From positions 23,994,001-24,058,000 of the forward strand of contig OX597820.1 of NCBI GenBank assembly GCA_951406725.2: 64,000 nt of DNA, read 5' to 3'. The position numbers were made by a program, and so were the translations under genes. The DNA is from Octopus vulgaris. Lineage: Eukaryota. The notes below the pieces were generated by a model that had not been told where the DNA came from, ran no database searches, and saw only the letters and a program-made list of their open reading frames with translations. Of this stretch, positions 23,361 through 38,803 are shown piece after piece (position 1 is the stretch's first letter; the number at the start of each line of letters is the position of its first letter).

Positions 23361-23408
23361 ATTTTTGATAAGGTTCGTTTTTTCAAGAAGAACCGAAACA
23401 TGTAAAAT
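23361..23408 (+). ncRNA. Minimal hammerhead ribozyme, U3:A8 variant
   Basis: AUUU-UUGAUAA-GGUUC-(13 nt)-GAACC-GAA-ACAUGU-A-AAAU; all three helices pair. Confidence 0.7.
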
Positions 23409-23639
23409 TTCTAAGAAAATTAAAATTTATCTTATATAGTGGCGTTTTCAAACTTCTTTTTTATAAATACCCACTCGTATACGATCTACACTTATTATAA
23501 ATATATATTTATATATATATACTTTCGTGTGTATCTATAAATGCGTGCATCTCTGTATGCTGGTGTATGTTTGTGTATGCTTCGGTGTGTGTATTCATGT
23601 GATTTAGAACATCTGTGTGTATGTGTGTGTTATGTGTGC

Positions 23640-23697
<58 letters not shown>

Positions 23698-23965
23698 GAG
23701 TGGAAGAGAAGGAGAGAGTGAGATAGATATATAAATAGATAGAGATAGATAGATATATCGATAGAGAGGGAGACAGACAGACAGAGAATGTGTATGCTAC
23801 ATGTATTCGTGGTGTGAGTATTTCTGTGTCATTTGCTTTATTTGGTTTGTATATGACTTGATTTGCGAGTCATTAGTGTCAACGTCTCTTATCTACATGC
23901 GCGCGCATGTATGTACATGTTGATGTGCATGTGCACGAGATTGACTCTCTCTCTTTCTCTCCCTG

Positions 23966-24022
<57 letters not shown>

Positions 24023-24444
24023 CTGTGTGTGCGTGTGTGTGTATACTGGTTTGCACTTATATTCATGCTGGATTTAGAAACAAAACTCTGCAGCTCCGTA
24101 TAAAAGTTCATCGAACCTATATTACTGCATTACTTAGGCTGTACTTTTCAGATTAACGGAAAAAAAAAATTATTGTTGAGAAGCTTACTTGTTCATTTTA
24201 CATTTGTATATTTTAAAATATAAAGCTTGAAGACAGAAATATAAGGTCATTACATGCAGAGAGAGTGAGAGAGAGAGAGAGAGAGAGAAAGAGAAAGAGA
24301 GAAAGAGAGAAAGAGAGAGAGATACAGACAGATAGAGACAAGGAAAAAAAGGGGGAGAACGCAAGAAACAGACAGACAGTACGAGAGAGGGACAAAAAGA
24401 GAAAATCAGAACAAGAAGGAAAAGAACAAATATGCACTCCACAG

Positions 24445-24595
24445 GTGTAGGCATGGTCGTGTCGTTACGAACCACGCTTTGCAATTACATGGTTTAGGGT
24501 TCGGTCCCACCACCATGACTCCGGACTGACCAATACTTACTTTGTGAGTGAATTTCGTCGATGAAACTTGTCGAACTTCATTGCATACACACATA

Positions 24596-24692
<97 letters not shown>

Positions 24693-25277
24693 GTACACTA
24701 GGGTCGATTCGTTCGACTAAAATACTTCAAGGCGGTAACCCATCTTGGCCGCAGTCAAATGGCTGAAAAAAGCAAAAGTTAGAAATAAAGACACACACCA
24801 CACACAAAAGGAGTTATTACATAATTTATGATATGCGTCTTCACTCGGGAGACATAAACTATACGGCCAACTGAAATATCCGCATGCGTATAGAGTAAAT
24901 ACTATAAGCAGCAACGAGCAGCAAGTGATTTCATTGGTTGACTTATGCATGTGACTGTCCGGTTTTGTTACTGGAAAAGCTCTGTAGAAAAGATGGAAGT
25001 CTGGACGGAAAACTATTCTGCTAAATATAAATATGAATATAGATATAAATACAAATATAAATATAAATATATTGTTTTTACTTGTTTCAGTTATTAGACT
25101 GCGGCCCTGCTGGTGCACTGCCTTAGTCAAATAAATCGAAACCCAGTACTTATTTTTTTAAAGCCTGGTACTTATTATATCGTTCACTTTTGCCGAACCG
25201 CTAGGTTACCGGGACTTAGACTACCATCAGTTTTCAAGTGATGGTGAGGGACAAAAAGAAGCGCGCGCGCGCACACA

Positions 25278-25319
<42 letters not shown>

Positions 25320-25459
25320 CACGACAGGCTTCTTTCAGTTTCCGTCTATCAGATCCACTTAAAAGGCTACAGTAGTCCAAGGTGTCACACACAGTGGGAC
25401 TGAACCTGGAACCATGTGCTTAGGAAACAGGCCTCTTATCATACAGCCACACCTGCACC
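24445..25459. mobile_element. Two diverged SINE family B copies (+ about 24445-24785; - about 25075-25459)
   Basis: Head and tail motifs of family B with internal (CA)n. Confidence 0.75.
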
Positions 25460-25604
25460 TACATATCACACACACACACAGTTACACACTCACAGATGCA
25501 CACACAGACACACAAACACACACACGTACACATACACACACATATCTCTTTCTGTAGCTCTATATGTATATGTGCGTGTTTATACACATATATAAAAGTG
25601 TACA

Positions 25605-25759
<155 letters not shown>

Positions 25760-26869
25760 GTTCAGCAAAAATAATGTACATTATCCATTTAATTAAAAAA
25801 TTCTATATGTGGCTAAAGATTGCTCGACATTTTAAAACTGATGTAATACTTACAGGGTTTGATAAAATGAAGTAGCATGGAACGATTGTACCACACTACC
25901 TTGGATATCCTTGTTGCTTATTTTGATTATATATATATATACAGAGATACACACATACACACAGTAAACAAATCCTCCTTTCTTAACACTTCATAGTAAT
26001 TTTCCTCTACCCCACTTGCTCAGTTAAGTTTCCTTCCACAAAATATTTTCGTTGTTTGAGCTCCTATCAAATATTCGATAAATCTTTCTGTTTCATTCTG
26101 TAGCCATCTTAAACTTCCTAACATACCCAGTGACTTCTTTTCCTTTTCCGTTTTTCCTGACTCCAAATCAATACACCCCCACTTGTTTTGTTAAATTTAA
26201 GTCTTTCTTTGTTCCCGTCCGCCATCCCCCTTTTATCAATTCTTGATCTGCTTTCGTTGTCATATATCTAGTGTTTTTAACCCCTACTCAAACCTTTTAG
26301 TATTTCTTCACGTTTGCTTTTAATTCTATTTTTGTATACATTAAAAAAATAAAATTGCCTTCGTCTACGTCTATTTCTTTAAACAAATTTATCTCCCTTC
26401 CTTCTCTCCTCTTCATTCATTTTCTATCCTCCTTTCAAATTATTTGAAAAAAAATATACATTTAAAAAATTCCATAGAATGCTATAAATATACATTGTAA
26501 ATCTACGTATTAGGTTTTTCATCACAAGCATTATGTTGCTTATTTGAGATCAACGAAATTCAGATTAAGCGTATCATAAGAGGCTCCCGAGCCTATTGTC
26601 ATAGCTATATAGAAAAAGATCGCGTTTATGTGGTTAGCTGAACTGCTAGAAATAGCAACCACATCCTCCTCAAACGTACCCTATCATTTAAAAAAACAAA
26701 ACAAAAACAAACAAAAATGGACTATCATATTTGGTTATGTAACCCTTGATACTCATAAAAAGATGTGATGGTCATGGCTGGAACACTTTTGATAATAAGT
26801 CTACTTGAACATCGCTGACACGGGCATAGATAATTGTTTTTAGTATAGGCAAAAGTCCTGGAAGTTGGC

Positions 26870-27440
26870 GGAAGGTTTTAAACGATATCATCGACTCGGA
26901 ATTTGACTGATACTTTATTGTATCGACCCCGAGAAGATGAAAGGTAAAGTTAACCGCTGCTAGATTTGAACTTAGAACATAAAGAGCGAGAACAAATTTT
27001 TGTCTGATGCTCTAATCATTCAACCAATCAACGGATTGATTATTTAATGATTGATTCAAGTGGGGATTTCAACACACAACGAACTCACTCCTGATGGAGT
27101 TGCATTTGTTATTGATGTTGTTGTTGCTGATACTGTTGCCTTTGATCTTATTATTGTTGCTCGTGAGCTGGCAGACATTTAATATTTTTTTAATGTTCTG
27201 AGTTCAAATGCCGCTGTTGTAAACTTTACTTTTCCCCCTTTTGTAGTCGATTGAATATGTACCTGTTGATTACACCTGGAGTCGGTGTAATCGATTGGCC
27301 CCTCTCCCAATATTTCAAGCATTGTACCTAAAGTAGAAAGAATTATTGTCCCTTGTGGGCTGGCAGACTCGTTAGTATGCCGGACAAAATTATTAGCGAC
27401 ATTTCGTCTGGCTTTACGTTCTGAGTTCAAATTCCGCTCG
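26870..27440. mobile_element. Old SINE family A copies (- about 26870-27030; + about 27165-27440)
   Basis: Degenerate TTCTGAGTTCAAAT and central-domain motifs. Confidence 0.6.
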
Positions 27441-28223
27441 TGTTTATCAAGACGATCCTGGTAAACGAAAATGAAATTCACCCAGAAGGTATCGGTCGGC
27501 CTGGAATTATAGTAGAAGACAATTGCCCACGGTATCGCACTCTAGGACTGAACTCCAAACCAATATAAACCTGCGTTTACAATTTAAATATATTGAAAAT
27601 AAGACTGGTTGACTAAGCCGTCAGGCGAAACTCAAAGTCCTACTCTATACGAAATTTACTAATCGCATGCACATAATTTTACTATTATAAAGAAACCCTG
27701 GTAACATGGGAATATAGATTATTGTAAAAACATTGTAATTTAAAATAAAGTGACAGGGTTAATATTTGATAATGTAATTATATCTATGTTGGTACTAATA
27801 TATCGTGGACGATGTAAAAATTAATTATCATAGGTAATAATTTGGAGAATTTGTATAGAAGTACTTGAGGGACGTTAAATTAGACATCTAAGATTTGGTT
27901 CGTGAGTATAATGTAAACATGCAATTTATTGCTAGTATAGTCAACATTATAATTCAAATATTTGCTATTTTGTAAGTTGAAAGATGCATGGAATAATTCC
28001 TAAATCTATAAGTACTAATTGGGAAGAATTTAATCATATGATCTCATTCTATATAAGTGGATGAATAAAAAACAAATTAAAACGAAGACAAATCAAAAAG
28101 CAAAATAAATATTTTATATGGTTATACGTATTATAAATTGTATAATTTATGCGTTCGTCTCAGCTTATATATTTATGAGAAGATAGATCTCAGTTTTTCT
28201 GTATATAGTCATTACACAGTCGT

Positions 28224-28469
<246 letters not shown>

Positions 28470-28755
28470 AAAATTTAGTGATGAAAGCAGGAAAAATCGA
28501 ATTCAAAACACGAGTAGGCCGCTGATGTTTATAGAGTGTTAAACACTTTCGGTATGCAATTTAGGAACTCCTTCATAGAGTAACTGCTGCATTTGTTGAG
28601 TATATAAACAGTTTGGCAGTTTGTTTCTCTGGATACTGTCAGAATGATGTAGACGCCTCTGATTCGAACCCAAAAAGGTTCGAATAATCGATTAAGGTTG
28701 CTCATTTTCTTTACAGTCTGCGGAGAAACGGCTACATTTGACCTGTTTATAATTA

Positions 28756-28792
<37 letters not shown>

Positions 28793-29280
28793 AAAATATG
28801 CAAGACTTTTCTCAAGTTCCAAATGTGAATTTTCTGTGTTAACTACATCCCAAAGATGGATCCTTGTATCTTTGTTGGAAACTGGCTCCCTCCTCAGTGT
28901 AAGATTTATAATAATTAAAAAATAGAAGACACACATATGTATCTATCGTTTTGGTGATGCAAACAGGAAAGATAGAACTCAAAACACACGTGTCACTGAG
29001 TGTGTATGTATGTATATATATAGGGAGAGTTTACGAAAAAAACATAAGACGAAGACAGGTGGTGTACAAAACAAACAGATGTATTAGTATAACAGATGTA
29101 ATAGTACAAAAAAACACACAGATGTAATTAGTATATATATATATATACATATTAGTAATCCTTAGAATTTGTAGAGTGTCTCAAGCGCTGAGAGTTTCGT
29201 GCATTTGTATTTCCAACGCACAAAACCCTCAGTCCTAGAGTCACTTGTAATTTCTGTCGATTATTAATTTTAAAAAATAT

Positions 29281-29316
<36 letters not shown>

Positions 29317-30183
29317 GCACACACATTTACTTTTCGACTTACTTTCTCTTCCTCAATTTTCTAAAAAAAAAGAACACACACATGGAAAAATTTACCTCAA
29401 ATTCGCTTCTAAGATAGTTTAATTGTTATTTAAAAAATTTTTTTACAAGTATATATCAATTATTTATAAAAAAAAAACAATAACTTTGCAGTAAAACTAA
29501 TACAACCAAAATCTTACTGATACAAACTATAAGTTTATTAAAATTATCTTATTTTCACTAAAGATTTTCATTAGTTTTCCAATATAGTTTTCCAAGTCAC
29601 ATGCAATATCATTTTAAATATAACAATTCTCCCTTATTAAAACAAACATTTAACTACTAATTATTTTCTTCTTACAAGCCGGTTTATAATGGTCATTTGT
29701 TGCACTCTCACTTACACCTTTTCCATATATGAGAATAGTTTAAATATCTTCCGTTAAATTTTTCTATGCCTCTGATCTTGAACATTTTAATTAAACTAAA
29801 AGTTGAAAAATAGCAAATTTTTCAAACTAATGCTAGAGCCGCAGGTACGTTGAAGATGTAGTAGTGTAGTTAAGAAACCGGCTTTGTAACCGCTTGGTTC
29901 CGGGTTCTATCACACTGATTATATTTCTATACAGTCTATAACACACTGTTGCTCATCGGAGTTCAGGCTGTCCAGTAACGAGTATCCATAAATATAATAA
30001 AATTGTGTATCACGAATCAGAATCATCAGAAATAATAGTTTCTTCATAAAACCGATATTGTCTTTCAGCAAACGATGTATTTCGCTGTCAGCATTGAAAC
30101 GAGGATTTGACGGCAGAGAGATATGATTTCTTGCTTTAATTTACATTAATCTTATATACATAGATAGATATACATGTGCTTAT

Positions 30184-30265
<82 letters not shown>

Positions 30266-30444
30266 CATACACACACACATATATATATATATTGCATGCA
30301 TATGTACATATATTTATATATATGTATAAATATATATGTGTGTATGCATGTTAACATATATATATATGTAAATATGCATACACACACATATATATTATAT
30401 ATACATATATATATATACATATGCACACAATATATACGCATATG

Positions 30445-30507
<63 letters not shown>

Positions 30508-30715
30508 GTCTATCTATCTATCTACACATACATACATACATACATTCATACACACATGCATATATATGAATAAACAAAAGAAAGAAAGGAAACAACGAAA
30601 AAGAAGAAAAGAAAGAAAAAGAGTCAAAATACCATGGAATTGGATCAAACTAGGGAGTTCACGATTGGGATGCAAATTTCTTAATTATTTGGGTATGCTT
30701 CTTTTGCTAAAAATA

Positions 30716-31991
30716 TCAGGCTGAGTAAAAAGTAAGCAACGTTTTGAAACATGAAATTCATCGCAATATATTTCAACAATGCGGGGATTTTTTCATCAAA
30801 ATAGTACCATTACAATCAACACATTTTTGCCAACGAGTTACAAGTTTGTTTATTCTAGTAACATAAAAATCTGGAGTTTTGCAGCTGATCAACTCTTTGA
30901 ACGTACTTTCAGCATTGGTTCGAATTTTGAACTCCTTCTCTTGCAGGAAACCATCAAAGTGCTTGAAAAAATGGCAGTCAGTAGGAGAAAGGTCTGGGGG
31001 AATAAGCTGACTGGGGAAGAACTTCGTAGCCAAGTTCCATCAACTTCTGGAGCGACATTAGTGAAATGTGTTGTCATAAATAATGATCGGCCCTCTTCTG
31101 TTGACTAGTCTGGGATGGAGAAGTACCAGTTTTTCATTCATTTTGGCAATTTCATGGCAATATGTTTCTGCAGTAATGGTTTTTCCGGGTTTTAAGAAGT
31201 CATAGTGGATGAGTCCAGCAGTACACCACATAACAGTCACCATAACCTTCTTTTTGAAGAGCTCGAGTTTAGGGAAGGTCTTCGGCGCTTCGTGTTAGCC
31301 CAACCACAGCGAAGAATGTTTGTTTTTTTTATCATTATACAGAATCCACTTTTCATTGCAAGTTACAATACGGTCGAGAAATGGATCGGTCTGGTTACGG
31401 AGAAGAAACGACGAGCAAATTTCATATCTGCACATTTTCTGATTTTCATTCAAATCGTGTGGTTCCCATTTGTCGAGTGTTTTTGATTTCCCGATCGCAT
31501 GCAAATGGTTGCAGGCAGTTTTCAGGCTAACTTGAAGTTCTTTTGCCAGCTCTCAAGTGGTTTTACACCGACCTTTCTGAATGATGGTCTTTAGTTGACC
31601 GCCATCAATGACAGATGGGTGTCCACTACGCTCACGATCTTCAAGACTCAGGTCTCCACTGTGAAATCGTTTAAATCATTTTGGAGCTGACCACTCACTG
31701 GTCATTTCCTCACCAAACGTTTCGTTGATATCACGAGAAGTTTCAACTGCTTTACGTCCATTTTAAAGTTGAATAGCAAAATTGTTCGAATATCGCGCTT
31801 TGATAGTTCCATTTCAGATGATAGTAACAATGGTGAAAAAAATAACAATGTTAATTTATTGATGCATTTGAGCAAGTCTTCGTCTGTATTATCAGACAAG
31901 TGCAAAAAAATGTTTAAAAAATTTAAAAACTGCAAAATCCGGTACAAATTCTTCATGGTTGGAAACGTTGCTTACTTTTTACTCAACCTGC
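30716..31991 (-). mobile_element. Full-length mariner transposon (1276 bp)
   Basis: TIRs CAGG(C/T)TGAGTAAAAAGTAAGCAACGTTT at both ends, flanked by TA. Confidence 0.95.
30773..31812 (-). pseudogene. Mariner transposase pseudogene (Hsmar1-like)
   Basis: Fragments MELSKRDIRTILLFNFK, KWEPHDL, FLDRIVTCNEKWILY, IIIYDN, PDLSPTDCHFF, RWQKCVDCNG, with several frameshifts and stops. Confidence 0.92.
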
Positions 31992-32106
31992 TATTTCTAT
32001 GTATATATTTGCATATTGTACATAACATTTGTGTACTCTTGTATTAGTGTATTTGTGTATCTGTGTGCCTGTGTTTGCTTATGTCCATCTATTTGGTGTC
32101 TGAGTA

Positions 32107-32107
<1 letters not shown>

Positions 32108-32137
<30 letters not shown>

Positions 32138-33400
32138 TGTATGTATGTATGTATGTATGTATGTATGTATGTGTGTGTGTATGTATGTATGTATGTATGT
32201 ACGTTGGGATAGAAAGTCTGTGTTTATGTATTCACTCTTATGTAGGAGTGTATGTGTATCGCTCTAGTGGCATATGAATATGTACGTGTCTGTACGTGTG
32301 TATGTGTGTGTATGTGTATGTGTGTGTGTGTATGTGTGCGCGCGTGTATCTGTGTGTGTCTGTGTGTTTGTGTATATGAGTGTGTGTGTGTGTGTGCATG
32401 TGTGTTTGTGTGTGTAGATGAGTGTGTGTGTGTGTGTGTGTATGTGTGTGTGTGTATGTGCGTGGGTGTGTTTGTGTGTGTGACTGTGGGTGTGTGTGCA
32501 TGTGTGCACGCGTGTGTCTGTATGTGATTTTGTGATTGTGTATGTGAATGTGTGTGTTTGTGTGTGTGCATGTAAGTGTGTGTGTGTTTGTGTGTTCGAT
32601 TGAGTGTGTGTGTGTGTGTGTGTGTGTTGAGTGCGTGTGTGTGTTTAAGCATCCGTATGTAACAATGTGTTCATTAATGTTAGTTTCAAGCATTTGCAGA
32701 CCAGCATTTGTTTGTATGTGAAAGTACACGTTTGTTTCTATGTATGCGTGTTTGTGAGTTTGTTTGTGTTTGTTAGTATGTGTGTGTGTGTATGTGTATG
32801 TGTGTGTGCATGTGCGTGAGCGCGTGCATAAATGTGTGCGTGTATGCGTAAGCAAATGTTCTACATATATTTGCATCTGTGAGGATGTATGTGTATGTGT
32901 GCATATCAGTATAGATATTGTGTGTATGTGTGTGTGTATGTGTGTGTATGCGTGAGTACATGTGTGTATGTGTGTGAGTGTGAGCATATTTTTATATATA
33001 CTGTGTGATGGTGTGTTTGTGTGTGTACGCAAGTGTGTACACATACATATATCTGTGAGTCTGTTTATAAGTATGTATATGTGTGTGAGCATGTATGTGT
33101 ATGTTTATGTACTCGATGCGTGCGCGCGTGTGTGTGTGTGAAGTGTTTGCATATCTGTATGTTATGTGTATGTGTGTGAGAGTGCATGTTTGTCTATGTG
33201 TGTGAACACAAGTGTGTGTGCATATACACATGCATCTGTATGTGTGTAAATGGATGTATGTGTATGAGGATGTATGTGTATATGTAAGTACGTGTGTGAG
33301 TATGTGCATATCAGTATATATCCTATGAGACTATGTGTGAGTATGTATGTGTGTGTGTGTGGATGCGCACGTGTATGTGTGAGTGTGTAGGCATATGTTG
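32108..33400. repeat. Long degenerate (TATG)n/(TG)n tract
   Basis: About 1.3 kb of alternating purine-pyrimidine sequence. Confidence 0.9.
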
Positions 33401-35069
33401 TGAAGTGAAGTGAAGCGTGGAGAATGTTGTCAGATTAAACAACACAGGAAAATAAAAGAAGCGAAAAGATGAAACAAAAAATAAATAGAGACAAACAAAA
33501 CACGAAATAAAAAACAATATACCTATAGCACGCACAACAAAAAACAAGAAATATAAAAATAAACGAATGAATGTAACAAATATATATAAAAAAATAGTGT
33601 TTGAGAAAGAATAAGTGATTAGCAGAATGGCTGGAAAGAATAAAGATAAAGAATCTAAAGACCATTAACGGCTTAGTCTGGTTCTTTGACAGACAGCAGA
33701 GAAGACTAGTTAAGTAGTTTTGTCTTCGTCACAATATGTAGCCTGAGAAATTTTTCATACTGATTTTTCTGACATTTGTATGTCTCTGCCCGCTCGCCTG
33801 CTGGCTCGTTCTTTCGCCTGCTTGCTCACGCCTTCACCTATACATGCGAACGTTCGCATACATACACGAAATATACAATATATCACGCAAATACGTTCGC
33901 ACACATGTTAAAAAATTTATAATATATATTGATAGTTAAAAGTTATTGAGAAAGTGGCTACGATGTGCGTGAAGAATAAAGAAATGAAAGAAAAAAAGCA
34001 ATAAACAAAATGAAACAAATGTTTGCACTATTCTGTTATTTATTTCAATATTTCGGCCTTCAAGAAACTAATCATGAATGGAGGAGAATGAAGAGCTGTG
34101 AGTAGAGAATAGAACATTGTTCAGACATGCGCAGATATAAAAGATTGTGGGAGTATTGATTCATACGTAGATCGATAGTACTATATTCATGAATTAATCA
34201 TGTTGTTTAGAGTATGTTCTAACTGTTTAATGCGAATAGCCCCTTTGATTCCTGGATTCTCGGTGGGATGTTATCGCTGAGTGAAATACAGAGTGAAATA
34301 TCATTCAAACAGGAACCAAAGCTGAATTGTTTTCTCACTTCATCGAGAACTTACCTTCAATTCACTGTCCTGACTTAAACAAACGATAAAATTCCTCAAA
34401 CTGTTTGCTTGACATGCTAGAAATAACCGAATCTCCTCATAAATCATACTTACAGTCTTAGAATTTTGATACAATTCTACGAACGGATTTTGATTCATTT
34501 TCCATCTACCCATTTCCACTTACAATGTTTTTTGGTCGATTCGAAGCTGAGGAAAACATTTGGCTAAATTGCCACAGAATGGGATTGAATTTGGGACGCC
34601 ATGGTTGCAGCATGAACTTCTTAACTTCTTAACCGCTCAGCCATTCCTCATCCGTTGTATGGAGATGATATTAGACATGTGTATTCAGGGTAATGTTGCC
34701 CTGGAAAAAATATCTTAAAAGGACGGGATGGGATGTCTCTGTATAGGTATGCTAAATCAAGGTTGATTTGATACTAAACAAAAACAACAAATCAACAGCA
34801 GAGACAACAACAAATGCAGTCAAAGAGGTAGTAACAGTAGCAACAGTTCACACTGCTAATAAAGGCATTGTTATATGGGAAGAAGATCACATATTTGAAC
34901 GAGAAGACTTGTAATCAATTGAACCGACTGCAGAATATTACAAAATAATAAATCTTGCGGTTATCTGAGTTGAGTCTGCAGTGACGCAGTAATTAATATC
35001 TGTTAAGACACGTGGAAAAACTGCACAAAAATGAAAATAACAAAATAAATCAGAAACAAGAGAATAAAT

Positions 35070-36330
35070 CAATGAATATAATGAACTTGTGGAGAAAAGG
35101 AAAGTAACAGAACTCGACGTTTCGAACAGTTGTTATTCGTCAATACAGATGGAGAAGGTGGCCAGCAGTTCAGGCTACTTTTTCTTTTGGCAAAAGGATT
35201 TTTAAAAAAATGCATGTATGTGTGTTTCAATGAATAGGAAGTCAAACCTATCAGCAAGATAGTGTGTTTTGTGTGTGGAATAGTGCGGAATGAATGTGTG
35301 ATGGTATAATTAAGACATAATGTTAATGAGTGGTGTGAGCAAGGTGTCGTAGGCTGTGGGTGGAGATGTATGGTTGTGTAGTGGATGGGTGGGGTAGTAG
35401 CTAAGAGCTTGTGGTAGAGAAGGTGGATAGTGTGGAATATTGTTTGGGAGCATGTTCGTGCGATGGGAAATAAATGCGCGGTTGTGAAAGACGTGTTGTT
35501 ATATGGGTGCGTGTATACTATAGCGAATAATAAACGTGCGGTGTATTACATGGGTGACATTAGCAAGATTTTATAGTGTGTGTGTGTCTGTGTGTGAGCG
35601 CGCGCGCGTGCCCGCATGTATGTGGGTGGTTATTGATACCACTTGGTATCTGTTGTTCATACTACTAGGGGGTAATCTTGGGAGTGACCAGGATTATTGA
35701 AGTGGTTGGTCACAAGACTTAGAGATATAATGTTGTGGACCTCGTGTTGTTACGTACAGTAAATGCTCACTAAAACAATCAGTCTCTTTCCGACCAGTTT
35801 TTTCCTATATACAGTAAACCACAAAGTTGACGTTTAAGGCAGTCGATAACATTATTGGGAGCACACAATATTATTACAGTCGATAACATTATTGGGAGAT
35901 GTTGCAGCCCGTGACGTGGAAAGATGATTCTGGCAGCGTATAGAGTTCTGATATTCAGGACGAAGGGACATATGCTGCCGTAGGAACGAGAACAAGCTTC
36001 GGATGCAGGTTGGATGTGGAAAAAGTGAAAAAAAACAATGAGCTATAAGGTCGTTTTGGGTGCTGTTGCATATGAAGGAACGAGGATATAGAAAGTAGTT
36101 TGGGTCTAATTGGATGGGAAGACTGCGTTGTCAGATAATGTGCAAGAGAATTTGGGCGGCAGATTGGAAGGTGAGGGGCTCGTCAATAATTGTTTATTCA
36201 AAATATTTATGTATCTCATTTACCAAGGATGTGGCAAGTACTGATAAGACTAATTTTCGCTTAGGAGGTTTAATAACAGCGAAACATGTTCAAAATTGTT
36301 TCCGTGCTTGCCAAAAGTCTAATTAACCTC
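35070..36330 (-). mobile_element. Penelope-like retroelement relic (GIY-YIG endonuclease) with decayed HHR at 35113-35146
   Basis: Minus strand reads ..SICPFV..NNVIDCLKRQLCGLLYIGKTGR..CFSEHL..HFNNPGHS. Downstream motif UUGACGAA-UAAC-AACU-GUUC-GAA-ACGU-C. Boundaries approximate. Confidence 0.7.
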
Positions 36331-36449
36331 GCTGTACCACGATAATCATTGAACTTTTGATTTATCTGAATTTCAGAGTTGTCTCCCTTGTCTTTTTAGA
36401 CCAGAATTAATAATTCCATCCATCGATTTTTGATGCCCGCTATTCAAGG

Positions 36450-36720
36450 AAGGATCGTGAGAGTAGAGCTCTCAGTTATCTCCCCAAGGAGTCCTATAAA
36501 AACAACTTTTATTAAACTTTCGCGCTGGATTCTCAAGCGTAACCTGCTGTGATTATGGATATCATCCGACCATCTTGCTCTTGGTTCACTGCATCTCCTA
36601 CCGGCTGGTTCAGCTTCAAGAATCCGTCTTGCGATCCTTTCCTGGGACATTCTAAACTTATGTCCGTAGTATAGGAGCTGTGACTTCTCATTGCGAAGTG
36701 GCTAATAATACATTTTTTCT
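36450..36720 (-). mobile_element. RTE-like LINE 3' fragment
   Basis: MSQERIARRILEAEPAGRR..PRARWSDDI, a typical RTE C-terminus. Confidence 0.7.
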
Positions 36721-38029
36721 TCACGACAGGTGTAATTTTAGTTAATTAGAAATCTATTTGGATCACTAGATTAAGTATATCAGATTCCCCTAACATGACT
36801 ATATGTTTTCCGTGCAAATGGCATCTCTGTGTAATTCCCCGCAGGCATTCTTTTGAGAACCAAGATAAGCCAACCACTTCAATTTAGAAATGAAAATAAA
36901 GACACAACAAGCACACTCTCTCTCGCTCACTCACTCCGCTTATTGTATCAGATAATATAATCATAGACTTCTGGGAGTTATTATCGATATAAACCCACCA
37001 ACCCATACAAACAGAGCACTTTCAGTATAGTAGTTCTGTGTGTGAGAGAGATACAGAAACAGACAGATAGAGATAGATAGATAGATAGATAGATAAATAG
37101 AGAAGGAGAAAGGGAAATGAACGTGTAGTGTTTAAAATCTTAAGAACATTCTAATCAAGTAAAATGATGCCTTTCTCGTGACTTTCTCATTTACTCTATG
37201 TCTGTGTATTGTTCTTTCCTATCAAGAAACACATGAAGAAAATTGATGAAATCAATTACTACAAAAGTAATTGGCATTATTTGTATTGACTTCTGTCATC
37301 ATTTAAAGACACTTGTCTTCAATTCTCTCCCCGTTGCCCTCGGCTCCTCACTCTCCAGACCTCAGCTACAGATGATTTGTTGCTGTTGCTGTTGCTGTTG
37401 CTGTTGTTGTTGTTATTGTTGTTGTAGCTTTTTTCTTTCCCCCCGTGACGTGGACATCTCGCCAGAAAGATTATTCTAATAAGGTTTAATATCAATTACG
37501 CCAAACCCTCAGGTATTATAATTTCGATACTTCCAATTACTTTATTAATAGGTGCAGACAAGCATGGCTGCCTGGTTAAGAAGATCGCTTTGCAGCCTCG
37601 TGGTTTCACGTTCAATCCCACTGTGTGGCACCTTGGGCAAGTATATTCTGCTATAGCCACAGGACGATCAGTACCTTGCGTGCGAATTTTGTCTATATCC
37701 TTATCTCCAAGAGGACAAGGAGATAGACAAAGAACATGTTTTACCAACATCATAGTTGTAACTGAAACTGAGTTTGTGTAAAATTATACTAGTGTGTCCT
37801 AATTTAATTAAATCCTATGTCTTTGTACAGCTGAAGATTGCTCTACATTTTAAATTGATGTAATAAAATGATTGCATTGTTCATTTAAATGGAGTCGCAT
37901 GAAACGATCGTACTGCATTACCTCTGGATAGCCTTGCTGCTTATTTTGATATATATATATATATATATACATATATACAAACATATATATACATATATAC
38001 ATATACATACAGACACATGCACACACGCA

Positions 38030-38566
38030 TATGATGATGGCTGTCCACTCGTACCGAAGAAGACTGGCTATCTCTGATCATTGGTCATGCCAAATGTCAG
38101 CATTATCCGTGCACAAAGTTATTGGACCAACAGTCAGCTTCATCCGGTTTTGCGTCCGCAGCTCTGTGCTCACCGCGGCGCCCTCCTACTCGATCGGGAA
38201 TCGGAAAGTCGTCTCGCCGGTAGTTGCACAACCTAAAATTTTAGGTCCGATAAGGCTTGCACGGCATCCTACAGACCTTCTCCATCCTATTTCCTGCTTC
38301 TCTAGTTTTATATCAGAGTGACCTTCTAGAGACATGCTTTAGTAAAAGCTGAGGGAAGCCTCGCTACTAACGGCCTTCCAGCACATCGGACACCAATCTG
38401 GAATTCCTGAGGGCACGTGATATTGCTAAATAGTTGTTGAACCTACACTAGATTCATCTGTTCTTTTGACAGGTTTTGTTTTTAGTCCTGCTGGGTTTCT
38501 AGCATTACTCCTCACCAGGCAAGCTTAGTGGAGGAGGTGATTTAGTCGCCGATGACCCGACTGTAC
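38030..38566 (-). repeat. Dispersed repeat, probable LINE 5' region; homologous to 47110-47400 and 20195-20600
   Basis: Shared GGTCGGG..GGCGACTAAA..CTCCACTA(A/G)GCTTGCCTGGTGA; downstream ~250 bp shared with the 47110 copy. Confidence 0.65.
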
Positions 38567-38803
38567 CCCAAATATATCCAAAATAGAAATTCTGTAGCAC
38601 ACCCCAAGACACGTGTGATCGGACTGAAAATTCTCATAAAGAGAGAGAGTCCGGAAGTGAATAGTATTACATTTACATCTAAATATAGGATAAAACTTTT
38701 CGAAAAAAATTCTATCAATAGCCATTGATAGAATGTACTCAGGACATAGTGTTTGCTTCTTACATGGGTATAAGTAAGTATTTCATTTATTTTTTACCGT
38801 ATT

